Positions 11,531 through 36,666 of a stretch of DNA of 37,137 nt are shown piece after piece. The DNA is taken from contig NMRA01000772.1 in the NCBI GenBank assembly GCA_002633005.1, positions 1-37,137 of the forward strand, given 5' to 3'. Source of the DNA: Phoronis australis. Taxonomy: Eukaryota > Animalia > Phoronida. Numbering within the stretch: the first letter of the stretch is position 1; the number at the start of each line of letters is the position of its first letter. The notes beneath the pieces are model-generated. The model was not told where the DNA came from. It did not search any database and saw only the letters and a list, made by a program, of their open reading frames with translations. The translations under genes were made by a program, and so were the position numbers.

Positions 11531-12644
11531 GTAAGTTGGTGTCAGTTCGTTTGCGAATTTCAAACTTTATATTTTTGTGAGCGTTGAGAATTATTGCTAA
11601 CACACTACCTTGTCTTCCCTCTAACATTGACACAGCCTGCTTTTCTTTTCACATCTGAACTAACATTAATTAGTTTACCGAGTCAGCTAACATTTGTTGA
11701 ATAGTGATCATTCCAATATAATCGTGATTTGTTATATTTTGATTAAAAACTTATGAAACGGTTTTTAACGTCAGTTCCTAATGCCCGGGACAGGTTCAGG
11801 AAAACTTCAATATTATTGGTTAACACTGAAACATCATTTCTTACAAATAGCTGATCGGGTTAACGTGAAACTGTCTGATATAGTGCGACATGTGTATAAT
11901 GCAATGTTTCAATGCACTTTTATTGAGATTTAGGTTTGAATTGCTCCACTACTACTTAAAGTAACTATGAATGTTGATCCTCTGTACGAATTATGCGTAT
12001 TGATTTTCATTTGAAAAGACTTAGGAAGTGGGGCCTGATAATTTCGAAAATTGTATTACTGTGTTTTGGGATTTCATCAGAGAGTGGGTTGCGCAGTGTA
12101 TTGCGGGTTTGACACCGAATACGTCATGTGTGACAACATTAAAAGGTGACAAAGGAGATGACGTCCTTCGATGATCTTAGAAACCAAAATTGAGACCAAT
12201 TGAGACCTGGAAGAAATAGGTCAGGGAGTTACGAAAGGCTGCGTATGAATTTGTCGCCATCAGTCAACTATAGAATGCAATTTGATGGTTCTCTGACGAA
12301 TTCGTACATTAGTTTTAAGAGTGAGTGTCCTAGATAACTTCAAACTGTTTATTAGAAATCTCATACAAGTTGATAACTAAACACAGACCAAATATTAGAA
12401 ACAAAAAGTATAGGAAAAGAGAGCATTCGAAATTCATATTTGCAAACACTGACCCGACCCGTGAAAACTGCAAGTGTAGTTACTGGACAATTACTCACTG
12501 TAATTCCGACACTTTTATTGCGATTGTGCAACGAGATAAAATCGCCCCGGTTTTGTTCAGTTGCTTTTTAAGATTTTTACTTATGGCCAGTTCGCACCAC
12601 ACAGTCAAATTCAGATACGCAGCACAAGTTCCCGCTCAGTTTTA

Positions 12645-12710
12645 TACATGTATGTATGCATGTACGTATGCATGTATGTATGTATGTATGTGTAGTACAA
12701 GTATGTATGT
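12645..12710. repeat. (TATG)n microsatellite, short and degenerate
   Basis: Visible TATG/TACG/TGCA tetramer array. Confidence 0.85.
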
Positions 12711-13054
12711 TGGTTAAAGGCACGACTAGACTTCGTTTTTGTTAGCGAGCTTGATACTGGTACGTTCGTAATTTCAGTCTCCTTTTTTCTGGTGTGCAAG
12801 TATGAAGTAAAACACTGAGAAACATAATAAACAAACAAACAAATAAAAACACTAGCTTTAGTTCGTGACTTCATGTCACATCATCAGGCAATGAGTAAAA
12901 TGAACATATACACAATAAACAGTGAAATACACAGGACCGTGAGAAGACGGGCATACAACGAGAGTGTGAATGCCACACATGTGAAGCCGCAACCCTATCG
13001 AAACAGAGGCAGCTTGTGAGCTGTTCATCCAACACAGGTTTTTCGTGACTGATC

Positions 13055-13356
13055 ATGTATGTATGTATGTATGTATGTATGTACGTACGTATGCATGTAT
13101 GTATGTATGTATGTATGTATGTACGTATGCATGTATGTATGTATGTATGTATGTATATATGTAAGTATGTATGTATGTATGTATGTACGTATGCATGTAT
13201 GTATGTATGTATGTACGTATGTATGTATGCACGTATGCATGTATGTATGTATGTATGTATGTATCTATGCATATATGTATGTATGTGTGTATGTATGTAT
13301 GCATATATGTAGGCCCTATGTATGTATGTATGTATGTATGTATGTATGTATGTATG
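13055..13356. repeat. (TATG)n microsatellite of about 300 bp in the DUF229 intron
   Basis: Long ATGT tetramer array with TACG/TGCA variants. It accounts for the spurious MYVC/HTYI ORFs. Confidence 0.97.
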
Positions 13357-13955
13357 AACGTACGTGGGTATATGATAACAAAGTTGGGTATGCTATTCCA
13401 GTTGTTTGTGCCTAGGAATTCTAGATTCTAATTAACGAAAACTTTCACTGCATGAAAAAGTTCCATTAGCAAGCTGTCATGTGTGAATGTTACGTTCCCT
13501 CTGTCAACATTCCAAAGACAGATGTTTTACTATGATTGATTACCGCTTGAGTACACAAGGGCTATATACAGACGATCACAATTAGCTGACGTTAATAAAT
13601 GAAACTCATTTGGGAATCTGGATTGCGTCCAAAAATCAAAAACCCGGTTACTTACCAGCACCGGTCTCGAGATTTCCATTACATTGATAAAACGAGCAAC
13701 GTTCAGAGCAGAGAAATGTCGCTCCAGGAAATCACAGGGCTGACCAGACCATATAAATTAAATAATACAGTATTTAATCTATGGCCAGACCTTGCAAAAC
13801 TTTCCTGCTCCTGAATTGCAGGTCATTTCTCAAATTCATCTGAATGTTGAAACCCGGCCGACATGAACATGGCAAGGGAGACCAGTCCAGTTTGATATGA
13901 CAAATTAACATGTTTTTTCATTTCATCACGGAATTCACGCGGTGCGCAGTCAATA

Positions 13956-14119
13956 CATGGGCGGCGCAATGCTGAAATAAGGGGGGGGGGTATAGCCCCT
14001 CATCCCCCTATGGTGCCCGGGAGGCCCACGGTCATAGGCAGCACAGCACTGAAATAATTAAGTGAGGGCTATAGTTCCCCGTCCCCTCTCCCCCCGCAAA
14101 CTATGGTGTGTCGCCTATG
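13956..14119. mobile_element. Small G/C-tract MITE-like element with an internal partial duplication
   Basis: Ends CATGGGCGGCGCA and TGTGTCGCCTATG are imperfect inverted repeats. The CAT(A/G)GGC..CTGAAATAA..CTATAG..CCCC..TATGGTG block occurs twice. Confidence 0.4.
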
Positions 14120-14153
14120 CAATATGGCTATAAACATAGCCGAGCACTGACCT

Positions 14154-14299
14154 GAGTTCAGTAACGCTAGGACCTTGCTAAAAAGCAAGACTTCGCGAGA
14201 TTACGTGTCATGAGATATTGGCGTGTGTTTTAAACGAGAACACGTGATTTTGCCGGGCAAGATTTCACATTATGGCAAGGCCCTAGCGTTACTAAACTC
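14154..14299 (+). mobile_element. MITE of about 146 bp, copy 1 (TA target, Tc1/mariner-like)
   Basis: TIRs GAGTTCAGTAACGCTAGGACCTTGC and GCAAGGCCCTAGCGTTACTAAACTC, followed by TA. Shares the internal AGCAAGACTTCGCGAGATTACGTG with the copy at 17124. Confidence 0.8.
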
Positions 14300-14471
14300 T
14301 ACAAGGAAGTCCACTTGACTTTGTCATGCCTACTTTCGTCTGCTTTTAGGAAACCATGAGCCGTTAGCCCACTACAGTCACCAAAGTCATCTTGACGGTG
14401 TCAACTGACACCGCAACAACGCTTCCACGAGACTCATTTTTATATTTTTCATGTATGTTCTATTATTGTAG

Positions 14472-16354
14472 GTTTCAAGCGGAAGTTTTGCTACCTCCTA
14501 ATCTTCTCTGTTACCTGCTGCATTATCTTCAGCATCACTTACAAAAGACACTTTAACGAGGTCTACTTTATGAAAGAAATCGGTGAAGTGGGGTCCTTCT
14601 TCACGAACAAGATTCACGACAAGCCCACTTGCACATATTACGACATTAGTCCGTTTGATTCGCCCGTTCTACCACATTTGCGAAATCGCACGTTTACGTG
14701 CAATACTCCTTCAAAGCCATGGACGGAAATTGTGAGCAGAAACTATTTAGTTCTGCACAGATCCAGGATGAGCAATGATTCTGACCACATCAGTTGTCGC
14801 TATAGTAGTATTAAGTACAGGCAATCACCAGAATTCATCTCACTGACACCGGATAGTCCAACGCTTTTACAGGAAGGCGATTTATTTGTAGTCCAATGCT
14901 TTCTACAAGATCATAAAGTTGTATATCAGAACGTGCACACAACAATAAATCCAAATGTCAGCGATGTCGTCAAAGAGAAAATGAAAAGAGCAGAGCAGGA
15001 GAAACGCTTCAGCACAAAATTGAAATTAAATGTCATGATAACCATGAACGACGCTATGTCGAGATGCCATACGATCCGTAAACTGCCGAAGATGTTTCAG
15101 TATCTAACGCAAACCATGGGGGGCCTCGTGTTTAAAGGGTACAACGCGTTATCAGAACACTCCATTAAAAACTTTTGCGGCGCTCTTGCCGGCGTCGACC
15201 TCGACGCCACAGAGTCAAGGGACTATGACAGCTTTCCCTTGATATGGAATTACTTTTCACGAAGAAACTACGTCACTTTATTTTCAGAAGATGGCGGCGC
15301 TTTGTCAACCTTTTACTATCCTGGCGGAAATCGCGGATTTAAAAAACAACCTACGGATTACATACAGCACAGTTTTTTCCAATTCGCAGGGAAAATTGTA
15401 AGGTCGACTAAAAATGAAGATCCTAACTACAATCCAAAATGCGGAATTCATGGAAAGCGTATGTACCACCACATGTTTGAGTGGGTAAAGTCATTTGTGA
15501 AAAAATTTCACTCAAGTCCACGTTTCTCAATGACTCAACTTAATGAGCTTAGCCACGGAATATTCAATGAAGTCCAGGTTGCGGATGAGTATTATGAAAA
15601 TTTTTACAAAGACCTGCAAGAGGGTGGGTTTCTTAAAGATACTTTGGTTATTTTCATGAGTGACCACGGCGCATCGTACAACACAGGATTCAGAGCAACA
15701 AATATGGGAAGAATCGAAGCTTCGCAACCGGTTCTGATAATGTGTTTCCCAAAAACATTCATTGACAATTATCCAGTGACCTACGACATACTGAAACGAA
15801 ACACGGAAAGAGTGACTAGTCCTTACGACTTATACTACACACTAATAGATATAGCGCATCAAAACTTCCATCCCAAAAAATACTCACAGGACAGTAAAGG
15901 TCTGAGTCTTTTCGGAGACATCCCTCTCAATCGCACGTGCGCCAGTGCTGGTATACCGGAAGCATTATGCCCATGCGTTGGCACCAAGCAAATTATAGCG
16001 AATACTACTGGCGAAGCTCAACGAGCCGCCCGGCTTGGGGTGGCAAAGATCAATTCAGAACTGAGACTACACCACCACCTATGTAGGAAATTGCGTTTAA
16101 ACTCAGTGATCAGTTGTGTGCGTGTGTTGAACGAATTGCACGTTTCGCAAGAACCGGAGTATACCGTAACCTTTTCCACAAGTCCAGGAAATGGGCTGTT
16201 TGAAACTACTGTGTCCAGAGATGGCAGCATAGTCTCTGCCATAGAGCGATTAAGTGTTTATGGGGACCAGTCCAAATGCATACTCTCAGAACCTAACGTT
16301 TACCAACTCCGACATATTTGCCTATGTAAAAACTACAATGGCTCATTCACGTAG
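14472..16354 (+). CDS. DUF229-family protein (alkaline phosphatase/sulfatase-like superfamily), main exon; predicted type II membrane ectoprotein of about 630 aa
   Basis: The 594-aa ORF extends in frame upstream to the acceptor tattgtAG, adding FKRKFCYLLIFSVTCCIIFSITY (basic residues plus a signal anchor). Family motifs: NVMITMNDAMSR, FKGYN, FPLIWNYF..RNYVTLFSED, GFKKQPTDY, ELSH, DTLVIFMSDHG, GRIE, GLSLF..IP.NRTC..AGIP..LCPC, and terminal R..YGDQS.C..C.C. Confidence 0.88.
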
Positions 16355-17087
16355 TCTCGGATTAATAACAAGAGCAGCGCCGTTGAAATGCACCCGCGAC
16401 TGCAGCGCAAACCATGGAACAAGAGCCGTGAACGGTCGAGATTGTTCAACTCGACGGGCTTGCGCACCACAGAATTTGTCGTTTCACATTCAAAAGGTTT
16501 CATATTGTTGTGGTTCATTAAATCACCTCGGGCTGCTGATATTATTGTTCTCTAGATAACGAGACCACCATAAACACATTAGGGGCGACAATAGTATTTT
16601 TAAATTTTCGTTTTGAAAGTTTGTAAAAAGCATATTATATATACGTATAGTAGTTCGTGAAAATCACACGTGATTACGTTTTTGAATTTTGAAAATTGGA
16701 CAAGGAATATCACTTTTACAACCTAAAAAGTTTGTTTAATGTTTCAATAATATGTTTTCCATTAATTCTACTGGGTGTGCAACATAATTGGGCCAATTAA
16801 CAAACCACCGGGCAGCAGTTGGATTTTGAGGTAAGCCAAGTGCCATCGAACAATTCTTGACACGAGCGGCACGCTTCTTGAAGGTGTTAGTATCATTTAT
16901 AGTATAAACTAGACTAAATTGACCAAAGCTGGAGATTGATTGGTTCTGACACACCTCAGCCATACATCTATATGGCAAGGTCAATCAATTGATTTGTCAA
17001 GTTCCCATCGACAACAGCAAAGGACACCCAACATCTTGAGCAAGGAACGTAATTTACTTACAAGAAAATATACTAGTTACAGAGTGA

Positions 17088-17890
17088 CAGTCGGACGTTT
17101 TTACCCTCACTCCAATCTGTATAGAGTTCAGTAACGCTAGGGCCTTGCTAAAGAGCAAGACTTCGCGAGATTACGTGAGATATCAGCATCTATTCATAAT
17201 TTAAAATAAATGAGAACGTGTAGGCTACATTTTAGCGAGGTCCTAGCGTAAGTCCTGGCGTTACTGAACTCTACCCTGTTTTGTTCAGTGACTGTATATT
17301 GGTGCATGGGTTTGATCAGGGTCTAAGATGAGGTAATACATAGCGGGGGAGCTGCAGGCTTCGATACCTTTCCAAGTTGAAGCGTCTAGTTCCAACGAAC
17401 ATTGCTCCTTTGACTATTCTTGCACCAGTTCCAGTGATCCTCTCTGGTGAGAACTTAGGCATCGTTGTCACAGTGTATTCAGCCCTTGATGCATGCTCAC
17501 CGACACCAGTGGGTTGGAATGTTCTGGTCTTGATCCTGGTGGCCAGTGTAATCGGTTTACCATATGTAGCAGTTAGATCATACATGTCACAATCTTACAT
17601 GGATGTCAATCAACTATATAGCTCAGTTAGAGAGGTCTTCATACAGGAACTGCCGTCTACACATTTGTAATTGGGGGTGGGATCTTTGGGCTGAACCAAA
17701 GTTCTCTGGATATAGTTGATAGGTAGATTTTCACACCATGTGACCTGAACATCAGTTCTCAGAAAAGTTCCTGACGTAAGGGATGTTAGAACTCATGTGT
17801 CCGAGTCCTGGTCGCGTTGTCGCCTGATCTGTGGTAGGGTGAGAGACAATTTAGGTTTGGAATGGGTAAGGTAATTGGGACATGGTTCAC
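17088..17890 (-). mobile_element. Decayed Penelope-like retroelement, 3' part (linker plus GIY-YIG endonuclease relic and terminal hammerhead relic)
   Basis: Minus-strand fragments with stops and frameshifts read IPYVRNFSE..FRSHGVKIY, LVQPKDPTP, LATRIK, VGEHA, RIVKGAMFV and NLERYRSLQLP. In order, these match the Penelope C-terminus (IPYV..SE, LVHPKD, L.TR.KEH, VAEH, R.VKEAI.I, LNRD.G..LP). A hammerhead-like terminus follows. Confidence 0.75.
17124..17271 (+). mobile_element. MITE of about 148 bp, copy 2, with TA on both sides
   Basis: TA-GAGTTCAGTAACGCTAGGGCCTTGCTAAA ... TTTAGCGAGGTCCTAGCG..GCGTTACTGAACTC-TA. Confidence 0.82.
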
Positions 17891-18655
17891 CAAATATAAG
17901 ACATTGAAATACTATACATAAACAAGCAACCAAAATTTGGTGATTAAAAAATTGTTAGGAATCCTGCTGTCACCTGAGAACCAAAAGAATTATTTGTTAA
18001 AAGTACTTTCTCACATTCCACAAAGATTTTATGGTTCTAGGTGCGCTACTGCCCCGAAATGTGATTCACTCAACAAAGCATTAGTCACCTCTGCCGATTT
18101 AGCAGACATTGTATGCTGAGGAGTTTTAACTTGTTCCAAACTCACAAGTAAAACAAGGGTTGGCAAGTGTTACAGAACACTACTGTAACATTTTAAAACT
18201 TTTTGCCATCTTGAAGTCAAGGATCCTTGAAAAATGTCCAAATTTTGCTCGTAACTTCGGAGCATCATTATATCTCAGATTCTGAAATGGCCCCATCCGA
18301 TTCATATGAAAATTTCAGAATTACGGCTCTATGCATTGTTTTCGAAAACGCTGGATTTGCGTTAAAGTTTTCCACTTTTGCATGAGGGACTATTCAAAAA
18401 TAGGACTTATGACTTTGATGAAAAACATGAAAATTGCAATAAACGGAAACACCCGAAATGACATTGTATGAAACAGGATTTTGAAGAACATGGGAACACC
18501 ACAACAGCTCCGTTTTCAGGCACTCTTCTGTCATCCAGCACAAAACTGATTTTGATACGGCACATATAGTTTGTATTGGCAATAAACCCCATAACTTACA
18601 CATGAAAGAAAGCCTACTCTTAAAGTCTTCCTTTTATTGAATAATAAACAACGTA

Positions 18656-18930
18656 CCTGAACTACACGGTCAACGAACTCATAAACACGGGCACGGACGC
18701 ATGAACACGACTCACGGACCTGCAAACACCGTCCACTGACTCACAAACACGGGAACGGACTCATATTCACGAGGAAACACGGTTAACGGACCGCTAAACA
18801 CGCCGGGTCAGGAACTCATCGGCTTCCTGGGTCAGCTGACATCTTCATTTTGTCCCTAAACCGTGTTTGGCGGTCCGTTAAGTAAACATGTTTCCTCGTG
18901 AATACGAGTCCATTGACCGTGTAGTTTAGG
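18656..18930. mobile_element. MITE with long TIRs and TA target duplication
   Basis: TA-CCTGAACTACACGGTCAA ... TTGACCGTGTAGTTTAGG-TA. Inner inverted arms GGACTCATATTCACGAGGAAACA..TTAACGGACCGCTAAACACG and CGTGTTTGGCGGTCCGTTAA..TGTTTCCTCGTGAATACGAGTCC, plus several ACACGG subterminal repeats. Confidence 0.75.
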
Positions 18931-19945
18931 TACCTTGATAAAATCACCTACAAAGATACAATTCGACTTGGACTCCCGCCAAGTTTTGTCCCTGGCTCTG
19001 TTCATTTTGGCCACTAGCTCTTCAGTGCAGAAAACAACCCATAACTATGTCCATGGGTGTATTTTCAGAAAAATTTTCCAAAACTACGCCCACCAGCACA
19101 CTTTAGTTAACTGTTTGCATGTTTTGAAAATCTGATGGATTTGTCAAAAATATGTATGTAAGAGGAGTCCTCGAACTTTGTTTAGGTTTTCAGCTGTTAC
19201 TTTTAAGTAACAGCTTAAAAGCTTGATGTCAACAGTGGGTTATGACGTTTATAAACATTTCTTTGTGGCGTATTCTCATTGGTTAATTTTTAGTTTATCG
19301 CATTTGATGCGGCGTTTGGTTTTCAGCGTTTGAGGAGTTTCAGCCGAATTTCTTTTCAAGATAAGACGTGTTTTGGTTTTCTCTCAAAATTCTACATTCT
19401 TTTTCTAAGTCTTACCGGTCGTAGGCATACTACGCTAGCCGGTAAGACAACAATTATAAAACTAACAAATTAACACTTTACAAAAGTATTTTTCTTAATT
19501 TATACTGCTGATTCTCCCATAGTAAAATTACTGGTGCTGGAATGGATGGATCTGTTCTGTGAGTTATGATTATCATGTTGACGTGTTCAATATAAACCCT
19601 ATTTCAATAGAAAGATTATTTTATTTAAAACATCAACATTCACAAATACCGATTTTCGTTGAAACAGAGAAAACACACAACGCTGCCTAACACATCATAA
19701 AGTCTCTGTCACATGTATATCATATGTTCTTCATAAAATATTGTTTACTTGGGCAAGACATGATCACAAATTCACTCAAACTTCTATATTTAAGGAAACA
19801 TTGGGTGACTTGGTTGTCAACTAACCCTATAAGCACAATATGAAGCGCAGTATTGAGACACTGTAGTTGGTAAATCCGAAATACTGGACGAACACAACTC
19901 TTTCTACTTAGTGAGATACAAATGCATGAATTTAAAAGGAACCCC

Positions 19946-19951
19946 TTTATT
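19946..19951 (-). promoter_or_regulatory. Candidate polyadenylation signal (AATAAA) of PHYHD1
   Basis: AATAAA on the minus strand about 250 nt downstream of the stop codon. Another lies at 19620-19625. Confidence 0.35.
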
Positions 19952-20200
19952 TCGAAAGTCTAATGTTCATTTAACAATTAATTAATGATGATTATTATTT
20001 GTCTTGAAACTGCATCGAACAATGTTGGACAGTTTCCGAAAATACTCCCAGGCGTATATTCGGTTTCTTTTGAAAGGTTATTCTCCGAATATCCACCCGT
20101 GGGCGTATTTTCGGAAATTTCCGGTAACCAGCAAATTTCTGATGTAATTACTTGTACATTCAAAAACAGCACAGTAGATTGGGTGCAAGTATCACACGGA

Positions 20201-33345
<13,145 letters not shown>

Positions 33346-34293
33346 CTGTAAAGGGAAACAAGAATAACACATGAACTGAAAAATAAAGAGAATTAACCTA
33401 TCCTTAACTGACCTATCACAAGCTCCAACCCCTTTTGAAAAGTTAACAAACAAACAATAAGTTTTACCCGACAACTTGCTGTATATCGGGTAAAATAGCA
33501 GTTTGGAAACGAAGGTGTGTCAAGAATACTGCGTTCTGATTGGTCAATTAAGCCGTCACTCAAAATCCTGGCGATAGGTCAATTATGTCAATGTACTCAG
33601 TCATAAAGTTTTAGACTGAACAGGAATAACCAGCAGGCCGTGGGGAGGGGCATGTGATTGTATTTTTGATGAAGCGTGTCACCGGGAAATTGAGCACTAG
33701 GATTCGCACCCATTTAAAGAGTCAACAACACAACACCCCAACCCCCAGGATAAAGAGACCCAAGAGTTGGGAGTCTCTTAGGAAGTCCCCCTTCAATACA
33801 GCTTTACCATTGATATACAATGCTTTTGTAGGCATTTGAACGTAAACAATACCAATGCTCATAGGGTCAAAGAAAATAATATCATTGGGTCTCTGGTCTA
33901 TGACCCACCCCTTCTGAAACCGGCGCATTACTTGCTGAAAGAAAAAAATGAGGAGCGACATTTGGTGAAATCAAATAAAAATTCAAAGGTGAGGTCAACA
34001 AAGAAATGAAAGACCTAAACAACCATGACCCCGAAGTCGTTTACACGAATGCATTTGATAGCTCATGAGGAGACCTAGGTTTGGTCAAAGAATCCCAGAG
34101 ATAGAGATCTGTAATCATAATTCAAAAAATGAACGTAACAGTGCCATCTTGCGTTCAATGAATTTCAGCCAAATACGCAAGACCTCAGGCTATTCACTGG
34201 ATAAACATTGTACGTAATTTCATGTCGATCTGACAAAAATGGCGATCTGTAGCAAAAATATGAAAGGCTCCTAGTAACAAAGTGCAGAAACAC

Positions 34294-35274
34294 CATGGCG
34301 GATCTAGGATATCAAAAGGGGGCCCAACATTTTGTCTGTAAGCATTTGCGCAAACCACGATTGTAGATGATCATAGCACCGAATGGGGGGAGGTAGGGAG
34401 GGGGGGGGTTTGCCCGCCCAGGAATTTTTTTCTGTTTTTTCCTCTAAAAATCAAGCATTTTCCTTGATTCCTGAAGTATTATCCAGGCAAAAAGGCAAAA
34501 AAACATGGAGACCATGTCAAACAGGGAAAACACAGACTCAAACTCACGACCTGGCAGATCGAGCGCGCGTGCTTTACCACTACACCACCACGATTTAGCT
34601 CCTAATTTGATACTAAGAGACCTATTTGTTTATGGTCCACAGCGTTTGCGCGTGAAACCTACTTCTTTTTGTAATGCTTATTACACTTTTTATATTTTGT
34701 GCAATCGGTTCGTAACAAATATGTTGCATTTAAAATAGTCTTCAATTGCCCAAAAGACCAAATCCGTTTTTCGTGTTGGCAATAATGACGGGATTGGTTT
34801 GGAAATCGTCTTAAGTTAAGGTTCGACAAAGAGAGAAGATGAGCTTCTGAGTGATTCACTAACTTAAAGGTTTTGATTAAAATTCACATCTTACCAGCAG
34901 CTTCTGTTTTTTCATTGTCACTTAGGTTCCATTTTCTTTAAAAATGAAGTAATTTTCTTCATTGCACAGTGAAGCAGACGACAGAAACGGAGTCGTAGTG
35001 CGCAGCGCCACTGCCGGTCGCCTGGGATATCGCGAGAGATATACTTAGCCATAGTTCCGTTACGATTGTGCCGTTTTCCGAATTTGACACTTGAAATTGG
35101 ATCTGAGCCCCCTCCAACACTAAAACTGCACACATTTAAATCTTGTTTCATCCGTATAATTTTAATTACCGGGGTTAATTAATAAACTCAACATTTCCCT
35201 ACGCTCTTGCTGTATTACTTTTTTGCGGCAGCCAAGGGGGGGGGGCCTCCTGGGCCCCCCTAAATCCACCTATG
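34294..35274. mobile_element. Non-autonomous element with GGCGGATCTAGG-type ends and G/C tracts (Harbinger-like MITE, probably with nested sequence)
   Basis: CATGGCGGATCTAGG..GGGGGCCC at the left and GGGCCCCCCTAAATCCACCTATG at the right. Confidence 0.45.
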
Positions 35275-36063
35275 AAATAACCGTAGCTGGTAAAGGAATT
35301 GTCATTTAAACGGTAAATGTTGAATATCACAAGACTACAAAGTCATAGTGAAAAAATGTCTCACAATGCTCATAGCACTTGAAAAGATCTATCTATATAC
35401 CAAAGTTCAGGGATGTTAAAAATACGGCACAAAAACTCAGTTAATTAGAGCCCAGTCCCCCAGAAATTTTCTAAGAACTCAAGAATGGTAAGACCTAGAG
35501 AAAAATTATTGTCACATTGTTTAGAGCCCATGAAATGATCTATCCACAGAAATAAAATTCAGAAAAATCCCACCAGAAAGAGCGGAGGTATGAATCCACA
35601 AACCAAAAAAAGAGAAAAATGGCTGCCACAGCGCAATCTTGCTTCTAATTTTAACCAAAAACAATACAAGCTTCAAGCAGAGCACATGACCTTATGCATG
35701 AAACTTATAAAAACAGCACGAGAAGATATCCGGAGGAGTTTGTAAGATTTGCATCCCTTGGACTTTTTGTTAGTGAACTGGTGTGACTTCCTCAAAAATG
35801 ACACCAGATGACAGAAGTTTGAGTGAACTTTCAACAATGACAGTATACAGTAGGCTATGATAATTATAACTCAGATCATTTTATGTTCTTCACTGCATTT
35901 TGAGACAAGTAATTTCTTATGGGGATATATACTATCATCTGTGGACTTATGTTATGTACAGACAACCATGAATCAGGGGTTCCCTCTAGGGAACAATATC
36001 AGGGCCAGGGGTACGTTGAGTTAACTTGGGTTGAGTACGGTATGACGAGTTGAGACGAGTTGA

Positions 36064-36490
36064 CTCCTTCATCTTCTTGTTCAGAACCGATCATTATACG
36101 TTAATGAATAAATTTGAACTGTTCATAACTGTGAGAATAACAACAAAACAAAGTGTAGGTTAGTGCCAGGATAAAAACAAGTTTTACTATTTACTGAATA
36201 AAGATCGATGTTTGAGACGCCACTCGTGAACATCTCCATTGTCTCCGATAAAATGACATGTTGTGGGAGTCTTTTCCAAAGTAAAACAGTAGGTGGAAAG
36301 AAAGAGTTCGCATACATCATGTAGTGCGAATGTGTTTTCTCAAAGGCCGAGAGTGGGAATAACGTAAACTAGTTCGAATAAATTATGTAGGCCGGGTGGA
36401 AGGTATCGTGTGGGGAATCAAAGGAAACCAGGCTGTGTGTGGTCTTCTCATTAGAGACTAGAAGGAATACAAGATCGCAGACAGAACAAG
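36064..36490 (-). mobile_element. 3' end of a non-LTR retrotransposon (LINE ORF2 C-terminus, 3' UTR and GAA-type tail)
   Basis: YANSFFPPTVLLWKRLPQHVILSETMEMF matches the common ORF2 terminus Y..SFFPRT...WN.LP..V.......FK. It is followed by a short UTR ending CAAGAAGATGAAG. Confidence 0.72.
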
Positions 36491-36515
36491 CAAAGCTGGC
36501 ACATAGCCTAACTAC

Positions 36516-36666
36516 GCAGCTAGAGACGGTGGTCTCTGACTACGCAGCATGTACACGTGCATGGGACTGTTAAACAATTGACCACCGTCTCTAGCTGCAT
36601 GGCCCAGTAAGAGACGGTGTAGCCCATATATAGCCTATATAGGAGCTACACCGTCTCTACTGGGCC
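36516..36666. repeat. Two adjacent hairpin elements sharing an AGAGACGGTG core
   Basis: Perfect 19-bp inverted repeat at 36516-36534 and 36580-36598, and a 22-bp inverted repeat with one bulge at 36601-36623 and 36645-36666. Confidence 0.8.

Noticed and set aside
12871-13431. Overlapping ORFs with MYVC or HTYI repeats
   Set aside because: Translation artefacts of the (TATG)n microsatellite.
17377-17670. 97-aa plus-strand hydrophobic ORF
   Set aside because: Antisense shadow of the decayed Penelope endonuclease region.
34895-34915. Candidate first coding exon of PHYHD1 (minus strand, MKKQKLL|GTAAGA, phase 0)
   Set aside because: The phase fits but the peptide is too short to confirm by homology and it lies inside a transposon-like interval. 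The true first exon may be outside the window.
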